A stretch of DNA of 64,000 nt from a virus, in IMG/VR virus record IMGVR_UViG_3300034062_002410, positions 1 through 64,000 of that record; one strand, written 5' to 3'. The position numbers and the translations under genes are program-made. This document shows, in pieces, positions 1 to 8,900 of the stretch (positions are counted from its first letter, which is position 1; every line of letters starts with the position of its first letter). The notes beneath the pieces were generated by a model. That model worked only from the letters and a program-made list of their open reading frames with translations. It did no database searches and was not told the origin of the DNA.

Positions 1-1
1 T

Positions 2-262
2 ATTGTTGTTGATGCGCTAAATGAAGGCGTTTGGGTTTTGCAGCTTAGTTTTGGTAGTATTTCTATTTATTACAGCATTGATGTTTTAGATGGTGAAACA
101 GTTATTTTTACAATGACAAACCTAAACGAAAATTACACATATACTGGCCAGATAATTGACCCTAACGGTGAAGTAGTTAAAATTGAAGTTGATGGCATCG
201 AATACGATTGCATTGAATTTAGTACTAAAGTAGGATTATATAATAATCAAATAAACTTATAA
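2..262 (+). CDS. hypothetical protein, 5'-truncated by the window edge (probable virion/tail-associated)
   Basis: Frame is open from position 2 to the TAA at 260-262; the ORF track start at 38 is a TTG inside this open frame. Confidence 0.6.
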   Translation: MVVDALNEGVWVLQLSFGSISIYYSIDVLDGETVIFTMTNLNENYTYTGQIIDPNGEVVKIEVDGIEYDCIEFSTKVGLYNNQINL

Positions 263-265
263 AAA

Positions 266-940
266 ATGATAGACATAGTAAAACTCGCTAACGGTAATGT
301 CGCTTTGTATGATACAACAAGCGGTGATTTTTTAAGCAGTTTAAGTCCTGATATTGTAGAAATACAATGCAATATTAACGGAACTGTTAAAGTTATTCAA
401 GATAACGGTAATGTTGAATACTTTGACCCTGCAAACATTTCTAATACACAGGTTTTGCCAGCTGCCGCAATTGCGTTTTCAGGTAATTGCGCTGACCTTG
501 CTTTACTACTAAGTACAGATTTTTTTTTTGTAGTTAGTGGTGGCGGTGTTAGTGATTTAGCTACGGTTTTAGCAGCGGGTAATTCAGCAGGTGCGAACGA
601 TATTGATTTGAATGGCAATGATTTGTTAAATGTTGCACAGATAACAGATAGCTCTGGTAATTTTGGCAATTATGGCGATTATTTACAAAGCACAGGAACA
701 GCAATTGAATGGCAAGGCATTGTTTATACTGTTGAACTTATGGATGCCTTAACGGTGGATTTTTACGCTCCATACGACCTAAAAATAAATACAACTACAA
801 ATATTAAAAACGCTCCGACCATTACAATTCAAGACGATGGAGCTGCTTATACACTTACAAATACCATTTCAGTAGGTAGTAAAATAACGATAACAGCATC
901 GGTTGCAGGGGTTACAAATCTTAACATAACAAAAGCATAA
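266..940 (+). CDS. putative tail fibre/baseplate-associated structural protein
   Basis: 224 aa, rich in G/S/T/N and beta-like segments; contains DLATVLAAGNSAG, a segment type seen in phage fibre proteins; sits next to a lectin-like gene. Confidence 0.5.
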   Translation: MIDIVKLANGNVALYDTTSGDFLSSLSPDIVEIQCNINGTVKVIQDNGNVEYFDPANISNTQVLPAAAIAFSGNCADLALLLSTDFFFVVSGGGVSDLATVLAAGNSAGANDIDLNGNDLLNVAQITDSSGNFGNYGDYLQSTGTAIEWQGIVYTVELMDALTVDFYAPYDLKINTTTNIKNAPTITIQDDGAAYTLTNTISVGSKITITASVAGVTNLNITKA

Positions 941-942
941 TT

Positions 943-1536
943 ATGATAGGGAACTATATAAAAGCGGTTGCCGCTGCGGTAAGTAGAACAACGGCACAGC
1001 TAATGAAAACAGGGCAAACAACAAGTTACGCAACTGGGGATGATGGTGACTTGGAAAGAGGTAGAGGTGTAAGTTTTACGATACTTGCTGAAAATAATGT
1101 TTTTGGGAATACTAACAGATTTACTGATGAATTAGGCACACAAACATACACAAAAAATATTGTTATTGATTGGTCAACGTATAATGGAAGCACAGTTTTA
1201 GGATGGCGTAGAACATCATCTACAGCCCCTTGGGCGAGTGCAGTTAGCGCAGCTTTATTAGTAAGCATTGCACCTTTTACAACTGGGTGGAGGCTTCCAA
1301 ATGTTATGGAATATTTATCTATTTTTAATTGGCAATTAACAGCAAGGTTAAATTATTCGCCTTTTAATTTAGCGTCTAACCAATACCATACATCTAATAC
1401 AGATATGGCAACTACAACAAATAATCTTTATGTATGGACTGGTAGTAGTGCTCCTATAAATAGCGCATCAAAATCAACAAATAATGCTTATTTAGTTTGT
1501 CGCACTTTCACCGTAACTGGAACAACATTATCCTAA
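943..1536 (+). CDS. DUF1566/Lcl C-terminal (C-type-lectin-fold) protein, probable receptor-binding/adhesion protein
   Basis: Motifs KTGQTTSY-x-TGDDG, NRFTD, GWRLPNVMEYLSI and terminal LVCR match my recollection of DUF1566 proteins. Confidence 0.7.
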   Translation: MIGNYIKAVAAAVSRTTAQLMKTGQTTSYATGDDGDLERGRGVSFTILAENNVFGNTNRFTDELGTQTYTKNIVIDWSTYNGSTVLGWRRTSSTAPWASAVSAALLVSIAPFTTGWRLPNVMEYLSIFNWQLTARLNYSPFNLASNQYHTSNTDMATTTNNLYVWTGSSAPINSASKSTNNAYLVCRTFTVTGTTLS

Positions 1537-1552
1537 TTAAAAAAATAATACA

Positions 1553-1786
1553 ATGACATACAGTTTCCCACAATTTAATGTACAGATTGTAAACCCTACA
1601 ATTTTTATAAATCTTAATACAATACAAGATAAAGCAATTGACAAATTATTGTCTGTTTTAGTTGTATTATCAACAGACACAGCACAATTTGGAGTAATTG
1701 CAGAAGACATGCCATATGTAAATACATGGGATGATGATGATATTCCTGCAATGGTAAATAATTGGTTGATTCAATTTGAAGTATAA
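1553..1786 (+). CDS. hypothetical protein (possible fibre chaperone)
   Basis: 77-aa ORF, coupled to the next gene by a TAATG overlap. Confidence 0.55.
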   Translation: MTYSFPQFNVQIVNPTIFINLNTIQDKAIDKLLSVLVVLSTDTAQFGVIAEDMPYVNTWDDDDIPAMVNNWLIQFEV

Positions 1787-2412
1787 TGAAAAAATTCCAA
1801 CAAATACTCAAAGACAAAGGCTATTATAGCTTAGCTATAGATGGCATCATTGGACCTAAATCATTAGAAGGTGCTCATTACTTTGTACTTGATGAACTTA
1901 ACAAACGTAGTTGGGTACATCCTAAAAATGATATTGTGTTTATCAGAACAGACCAAGTACTTGATAATAAGTTTGCTGATTATGCTGTTAGGTTTTATAA
2001 TGGTAAAGCAGATATGATAGTTCCTTGTAGTACAACATCAGGTGATTATTATGTATTTAATCCTTTAACTGTAGGTGGTATTACTGGTACAGCAATAGCT
2101 TGTGAGCAACAAGTAATAGGTTCACATACATTTACAACTAGTTCTAATTGGAAATCATTATGGTTAGGTGCTCCTTACTTTATGCAGACTGGTGCTATTG
2201 AAATATATAGAGATGGAACTAAAGATAGAAAAATTGATACTGCTATAAAAACACGAGGTTGGTATGGAATTAACTGGCATAAAGGTGGATGGGGTTCATG
2301 GGTTGATGGTTGGAGTGCAGGATGTTGTGTTGTTCCTGATAAACATTGGTTTGAAATGATTAAGATATTTACTAATAAACAAATTTGTAACTTTACATTA
2401 TTTGAAATATAA
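1786..2412 (+). CDS. putative endolysin: N-terminal peptidoglycan-binding domain plus YkuD/L,D-transpeptidase-like catalytic domain
   Basis: N-terminal FQQILKDKGYY...IDGIIGPKS resembles PG_binding_1; C-terminal GINWH...WSAGC resembles the YkuD His/Cys motif; a holin-like gene lies downstream. Confidence 0.7.
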   Translation: MKKFQQILKDKGYYSLAIDGIIGPKSLEGAHYFVLDELNKRSWVHPKNDIVFIRTDQVLDNKFADYAVRFYNGKADMIVPCSTTSGDYYVFNPLTVGGITGTAIACEQQVIGSHTFTTSSNWKSLWLGAPYFMQTGAIEIYRDGTKDRKIDTAIKTRGWYGINWHKGGWGSWVDGWSAGCCVVPDKHWFEMIKIFTNKQICNFTLFEI

Positions 2413-2600
2413 TGCTTGGTGGATTACTTGATGAAGAAGAATTTAAATACCTTTTAGATAAACATTATCTTGAAGGTCATATTTTTACTCCATTAAGGAT
2501 GACAAATGGAGATTGGATATTACCCTTGTATCAAATACTTAATAACGAAAACATTGATTGTTGGTGGGTTAAATATTTACCTTTAATAGAATACAAATAA
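2412..2600 (+). CDS. hypothetical protein
   Basis: 62-aa ORF with TAATG coupling to the lysin gene. Confidence 0.55.
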   Translation: MLGGLLDEEEFKYLLDKHYLEGHIFTPLRMTNGDWILPLYQILNNENIDCWWVKYLPLIEYK

Positions 2601-2612
2601 AATTTTTACAAA

Positions 2613-2915
2613 ATGAACTCTTTATTTTTACAAGTACCTCAAGAGGTAAGCTACTTAACAAATTATGGCATTTTAGGTGTATTTGCTATAATTATGATTG
2701 GCATTATTTACTTTATGGGCAAGCAGTTTTTTGTGCTTCATAAAAAAAATGAAACAAGGTTAAAAGAAATAGAAGACCAACTATTAAAATATGTTACAGA
2801 AGACAGAGCTACACTTATGGAAACAGTTAGTTCTAACAATCACGTTATAGAAAACAATACAGCACTAATGAAAAAGTTACTTGCATTAGTTGAAAGATTA
2901 GAAAAGAATAATTAA
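2613..2915 (+). CDS. putative holin (single TM helix plus coiled coil, BhlA-like architecture)
   Basis: YGILGVFAIIMIGIIYFMG hydrophobic helix followed by a charged coiled coil; close to the lysin. Confidence 0.55.
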   Translation: MNSLFLQVPQEVSYLTNYGILGVFAIIMIGIIYFMGKQFFVLHKKNETRLKEIEDQLLKYVTEDRATLMETVSSNNHVIENNTALMKKLLALVERLEKNN

Positions 2916-2943
2916 GATTAAATTGAAACTCTCAATAATTTTT

Positions 2944-2979
2944 AAGATATTTGTTACTTAAACAAATATCTTTTCTTTT
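2944..2979 (+). terminator. intrinsic terminator candidate after the lysis cassette
   Basis: AAGATATTTGTT-ACTTA-AACAAATATCTT 12-bp stem followed by TTCTTTT. Confidence 0.55.
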
Positions 2980-3705
2980 ATGAGCAAGAATGTAATAGAT
3001 ACTATTAGTGATTCATTTTCTAAACTTTTTTTTCAAGAAGATAAACACATATATACAGTAAATGAAAAAGTACTTCCTTCAGTTTCTGCTTTGGTTAAAT
3101 CTCATTGTGAAGCTTTTGATGAGTTGTATTGGGCTGAAAAAGAACAACAAAAAGGTAAAGAGAGTCTTCAACAAATCCTTGAGAGGTGGGAAACAAAAAG
3201 AAATGTTGCAGCAACCAATGGCACTTCAGTACATGTATATGCAGAGAAATGGTGGCAAAGCAAAAACTCCATACCCCAAAATAATCAACAAAAAGCGGTA
3301 AAAGATTTTTTAGAAAATCTAACAGAATCAGGAAGATATACTTTAGTAAGTACTGAGTTACAAATGTATTCTGAAAAATATAAATATGCAGGTACTTGTG
3401 ATTTATTGATGTGGGATAATTTAAATGATACTGCTGTTATACTTGATTATAAAACAAATGAAAACTTAGATAAGCAATATGGATTTTTATTAGAACCATT
3501 TTCTTATAGTGCTAATACATCATTTAATAAATATCAGATTCAATTAAGTTATTATCAATTAATTTTAGAAGAGATAGATATAGAAGTTAAAGAAAGGTTT
3601 ATAGTATGGTTAAAACATGATGGAACTTATGAAGTAAGACCATGTTTTGATTTCACAAATGTTTTAAAAGAATATTTAAATACAAATATCAATGAAAGTT
3701 GTTGA
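2980..3705 (+). CDS. PD-(D/E)XK nuclease (lambda-exonuclease/Cas4-like)
   Basis: PSVS, GTSVH, E...YAGTCDLL...ILDYKT and YQIQLSYY motifs. Confidence 0.8.
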   Translation: MSKNVIDTISDSFSKLFFQEDKHIYTVNEKVLPSVSALVKSHCEAFDELYWAEKEQQKGKESLQQILERWETKRNVAATNGTSVHVYAEKWWQSKNSIPQNNQQKAVKDFLENLTESGRYTLVSTELQMYSEKYKYAGTCDLLMWDNLNDTAVILDYKTNENLDKQYGFLLEPFSYSANTSFNKYQIQLSYYQLILEEIDIEVKERFIVWLKHDGTYEVRPCFDFTNVLKEYLNTNINESC

Positions 3706-4387
3706 AGCTATACAAAGAGTTCAATCTTTATATTCTAAAGGTGTTGCTGCTGATGACAGAAGATTAACTAATAGACATATTTATAGTAAGTTAAAAACTG
3801 TAAGGTCAAGATTACTATATGAAAAAGTAGTTAAAAAACAATTTATAGCCAGTACTAATTATCAAGTATTAAATTGTGTTGAGTTAATAAAAGCACCTAT
3901 ACATGAATGTCCTTGTATTCCTCCATTAGGTTGCTGTATATATAGAACTAAATATCAATTACCTACTCCTGTAAGTGGAATTAGTGGACACATAATAAGG
4001 AGTGTTACATCTTTAGATGGCAGTATAGTATTTTCAGAAATAACTTGGCAAGATAAAAAATATAAACAGTATGATAAATATACTGCTACAAAACCTGATT
4101 ATTTTATTTCTGATGAATACTTATATGTTACTGCTAAAAATGAAACTGAAGTAATCAGAATAGAAATATTATTAGATGACCCTGTTGAAGGATATAATTT
4201 TCCATCATATTGTCCTAATCCTCAAGATGCATGTATTTCTATATATGATAGAGAATTTCATTTAGATAATTCTATGTTTGATGCAATGATAGAACTTACA
4301 GTTCAAAGTCTATTACAAGTATTTTTAACAAATGTAGAAGATGAATCTAATAACTCTAAAGATAATCCATCACAAGCAAACAAGTAA
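3692..4387 (+). CDS. crAss-like conserved structural protein (probable tail ring protein)
   Basis: Position immediately before the IHF-like and tail-tube genes matches the crAss-like gene order; Cys-rich CVELI...CPC...CC segment. Confidence 0.6.
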   Translation: MKVVEAIQRVQSLYSKGVAADDRRLTNRHIYSKLKTVRSRLLYEKVVKKQFIASTNYQVLNCVELIKAPIHECPCIPPLGCCIYRTKYQLPTPVSGISGHIIRSVTSLDGSIVFSEITWQDKKYKQYDKYTATKPDYFISDEYLYVTAKNETEVIRIEILLDDPVEGYNFPSYCPNPQDACISIYDREFHLDNSMFDAMIELTVQSLLQVFLTNVEDESNNSKDNPSQANK

Positions 4388-4388
4388 T

Positions 4389-4916
4389 ATGAGTAAAGGA
4401 AAGAAGTTAGAAACATTTATTACATCTTATAAATATTATTGTCAAGAAGCTGAAAACAAAGTAAATAAGAAAGTATATTTATCTGTACTAAATGGATTTG
4501 CTGAATATTTGATGGATGCAATATTAGATGGAGAATGTGTACATTTACCAAGTAAATTAGGAGCAGTAGAAATAATAGGTAAGAAATTAAAACCAAGAGT
4601 AACAGATAATGGAATTGAAGGATTAACTATTAATTGGCAAGCAACTAAAAAGTTATGGAAAGAATGTAAACCTTGTGAAGAAAGACAACAAAGAGTATAT
4701 TATTTTAATGAGCATAGTGATGGAGTAAGGTATAGATATATGTGGAGTAGAAACTCTATATTAATAACTAATAAGTATTTATATACTTATGTTCCTAATA
4801 GAAAAAGTAAAGCTAAATTATTTAAAAAAATATTAGAGGGTAAGGAGTATTATGTGTTAGAAGGTAAGTTTGCTCCTCATTCAAGAAAAATTAAAAATAC
4901 TACTAAAGATGAGTAA
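4389..4916 (+). CDS. IHF/HU-like DNA-binding protein (crAss-like)
   Basis: Basic protein with an HU-like VHLPSKLGAVEIIGKK segment; likely start is MSKG at 4389 just after the upstream stop, not 4341. Confidence 0.7.
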   Translation: MSKGKKLETFITSYKYYCQEAENKVNKKVYLSVLNGFAEYLMDAILDGECVHLPSKLGAVEIIGKKLKPRVTDNGIEGLTINWQATKKLWKECKPCEERQQRVYYFNEHSDGVRYRYMWSRNSILITNKYLYTYVPNRKSKAKLFKKILEGKEYYVLEGKFAPHSRKIKNTTKDE

Positions 4917-5913
4917 TGAAGTTACACCTTATGCATCAGTAAATAGGATATTTGGTAAGATAAGAAGAGATTTAGGTTCAGTTCAAGGCATTAATGAATC
5001 TGATATGATAGAGTGGGCAGCAGAAGCTTTAGAAGCTATTGGTGCCATTACTATTTATGAAGAAGCTGTTGCTTTTATTGAAGTTAGAAATCATCAAGCA
5101 GAGTTACCTAATGGACTACATGCTATTATTCAGATAGCTAGAAATACTTGTTGGGATGATATTACAGGGTGTGGTGCTTGTCCATCAGATGTTATAGCAT
5201 CTGCTATTGCTTCTGACCAAACTACATCTCAAAATACTAATCCTATTCCTGTTGCTCTTGATTGTGATGGTCAACCTATTAATGAATATGAGTTAGCATA
5301 TTATAGACCTTACTATGATATGAGAAATGAAACTGGATATTACTCTAACTCATATCTTTTTAATAATTGTTTTTCAGTAGTAAGGTTAACTAATCATAGT
5401 TTCTTTAATTCATTAGTGTGCCAACATCCTGAAGGAGAAAAACTTTACTCTGAAGGTTCAGGTATGTTTAATGAATACACTATTATTAATGGTGATACTT
5501 TAAGATTGAGTTTTGAAAAAGGACAAGTAGCAGTATCTTATGTAAGACAACAAGTAGATGACCAGGGTTATCCAATGATACCTGACCATTATGCTTATAC
5601 TACTGCACTTACAAAGTATATTACTTATAAATTAATGGAAAGAGATTTCTATTCAGGTAGAGAAGGTAGTAATGGTAGATTACAGAAAGCAGAACAAGAT
5701 TGGCATTGGTATTGTAAACAAGCTCGTAATAGAGCTATGATGCCTAAAGGTGTTGACCAACTACAAAATATAATGGAACAAAGACAATACTTGTTACCAA
5801 GAAATACAAGATACTATGGATACTTTGGTAAAATGTCTAGACCTGAATCTCGTAAATTTGATGACCCAGATTTCAGAAACTATTTTAGAGGTTATTATAA
5901 TAGATATATCTAA
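4909..5913 (+). CDS. tail tubular/ring protein (P22 gp4-like, crAss-like)
   Basis: IEWAAEAL, ELPNGL and DDQGYPMIPD motifs; lies between the IHF-like and muzzle genes; likely start MSNEV at 4909. Confidence 0.7.
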   Translation: MSNEVTPYASVNRIFGKIRRDLGSVQGINESDMIEWAAEALEAIGAITIYEEAVAFIEVRNHQAELPNGLHAIIQIARNTCWDDITGCGACPSDVIASAIASDQTTSQNTNPIPVALDCDGQPINEYELAYYRPYYDMRNETGYYSNSYLFNNCFSVVRLTNHSFFNSLVCQHPEGEKLYSEGSGMFNEYTIINGDTLRLSFEKGQVAVSYVRQQVDDQGYPMIPDHYAYTTALTKYITYKLMERDFYSGREGSNGRLQKAEQDWHWYCKQARNRAMMPKGVDQLQNIMEQRQYLLPRNTRYYGYFGKMSRPESRKFDDPDFRNYFRGYYNRYI

Positions 5914-8900
5914 TGGAAAAAAATGTAAACAGACCAAATAAAGGTATGGTGCAGGATAATAATCCTGTTGACCAACCTAAAGAAACTTATAGGTATGCAT
6001 TAAATGCTGTCAATGAAACTAATGATGGTAATAGAAATCTATTAAATAATGAAAAGAGTAATGAACAATGTTGGGAGTTACCTTTAGGATTTTATCCAAT
6101 AGGTTCTTGCTATACTATTAATAATGAGATATTAATTTTTTCTGTTAGTGGAATTACAAGTGCAATAGGTATAGTTAAAGACTGCACTTATACTGAAATA
6201 TTAAATTCAGAATGTTTAGGATTTTCTATTGAACATCAAATAGATTGTACTTATAGAATTAAAAATGGATGTGAAAGAATATTTTATTTTACTGATGGGT
6301 TAAATCCTGTAAGACAAGTAAATATAGATACATTAGATTCTTATTATAGTGATGCATACATAGCTTGGTTAGCTAATCCTATTGGACCATTTGTAGGTGA
6401 AAAATATAATTGTGATTTATTTGCATTACTTTCTCCATATCAAATACCTTGTTTTGCTGATGTTCAAGTATTAAATGGTGGGCAACTATTATCAGGTTCT
6501 TATAATTTTGCTATACAATATGAAGATGATAATGGTAACTCTACTAACTGGGTTACTATATCAAGACCTGTTAACATATATTTAGATAGTCAGTATTTAC
6601 CTTACTTAAATATATTTGGTTCATCTAATTTAGAATCTGATGCATTAGGTGGTACAGCAGTAGTTACTAATAAAGCTATTCAATTAAGCATTAGTAATTT
6701 AGATACATCATTTGTTGTATATAGAGTAGCATGCATTAGAGCTACATCATTTACAGGATTAGTTACTGCAGCAGTAGTTTCTCCTAATATACCTATAACT
6801 CAAAACACATTTATATATAATGGCAATCCTAATGGATTTACAGAATTAGAACCTAATGATATAACATTAGGTAGATTAAATCTTGAATATGCTGAACATA
6901 TAGAGCAATTAGAAAATAGATTATTAGTTGCAAACACTAAAGGCAAACAAGTAAACTTCTGTGGATTTCAAAAATATGCATCTAAAATAGCATCTCATTA
7001 TATTATTAAAGATGTAACAGATACAAATGCATTAGATGAAGGTAATCCTAAAAATCCATTATCTCCTTTTGAGTGTGTAGGATTTATGGGTGGTGAAGTA
7101 TATGCATTTGGCATTGTATATGTATTTAAAGATGGATTTGAATCTCCTGCTTATCATATTCCTGGACCACCAGTAAATAAAAGATGGGATTGGAATACTA
7201 ATAATTGTGTAGATATAGTAACTGAATATGGAGTTACACCTGATAATGAATATGTATTTCCTTGGAATCAAGATATAGAACATATAGTTCCATTAGCATT
7301 AGCAGCAAATTATGATTTAGGATTATTACCTAAAGTAGAAAAGTGGAGAGTATATGAAACTGCTATTGATGTTAATCCTGGTGATTCAGGACAAATGGCA
7401 TACTGGCAATGTTTAAATAATTACTATCCTGAATTAGAATCATGTGATAGTGGAGAATATTGGGGAGTAGATTTCTGTGGTGATGCAATAGTAAATAATC
7501 CTATTAGACATCATAGGTTTCCTTCTCGTACTTTAGAACCACATGTAGATAATGATGCAGGTGTAGAAACATATTATGCTATACAAGTTACAATAGAGAT
7601 AGTAACTGCATGGCCTGTAGGAGTACCTGATATAAATTTAACTACTGGTTATGAAGTTAATCTTGTTCCTCAAACTCCTATAATTACTAATGTAGAAGAA
7701 GCAGATTTTATAAGTGGAGTTTATACTACTAACATTGTAACTATTAATGCAGATAGTCCTACTGATATTAGTGCTATTTTAGGTTCAGGTGATTTCTTTA
7801 CTACTTATGCTGCTGATTTTACTGTAACTTATAGTGTAGTATTTGCTTATGATGTTCCATATAATGGTTCTACTTTAAAAGTATTAGGTGTTAAATTTGA
7901 TAATGTAGAATATCCTCATCCTGATATTGTAGGTCATTACTTTGTTAGAGCTGAAAGAGATGATTTTAACAGAACAATATTAGATTCAGGTATAGCAGGT
8001 AGAATGAGAGGTACTGCTACTGATGCATTTTCCTATATTACCTTTTCATACTTTACAAGAAACAATACTGGTGGTGGTGATTATCATTATGCATTTACTC
8101 CTAAGTTTTTATATCAAAGACAAAACTTAAGACCTGAGTACACTAAAGTAGAGTTAGAATTTTTATTTGATAGAAAAGCATTATCTTATATTAAAGAAGA
8201 TGGTGTAGGTTCTTTTATTGTAGATACTGATACAATAATAGAATGTAGAGGTCAGTTTTATTCAGGTACTGATGATACTAATGGAGGAACTAATCATGCT
8301 ACTTATAATATAATGACTTTAAATGGAGCATCTTTTGAAGACACTTTTGCTCCAGGTAATAGAATATATAATACTTCATTAATAAATAATATTCAAGTAC
8401 TTAAAACAAGACAACTACCAAGAAATAATAATGACATTCCATACATTACTTATAGAGTAGAAAGAGATGTGCATTCTAATTTAGACTCTATTAGTTATTA
8501 TAAAATGCATAATTGTGTTATCAATAGTGAAACTGTTCAACCTAATATATTTGCAGGTGATGTATATATAACTCAGTTTAAACTAACTAATACTTTATAT
8601 AGAGAATTTTTTAATGGTATTATAGGTGGTATTCTTGGAGTATTAGCTATTGCTGTTGCAGCTACATTAACAATATTAACTTTTGGTGCAACTACTCCTT
8701 TGTTAATAGGAGCAATAGTTTTAGCAAGTATAGGTATTACAGCAACAGCTATTGGTAATACTGTTAATGCAATGAAAGAAACTAACTTAGACCAAACTGT
8801 TACAGATAATGAATTAGATGGTTTAGTTAGTAGTGCAGATAGTTTTACTGCTTATGCTAATGAATATTTATTAGGAGTATATGTAGAGTCAGAAATTAAT

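Noticed and set aside
943-1536. Diversity-generating retroelement targeting the DUF1566 lectin gene
   Set aside because: No reverse transcriptase gene and no second template-repeat copy of the 3' region seen in this window; it could still lie outside the window.
2980-3705. CRISPR-associated Cas4 or a CRISPR array
   Set aside because: No Fe-S cysteine cluster, no other cas genes and no repeat-spacer array seen.
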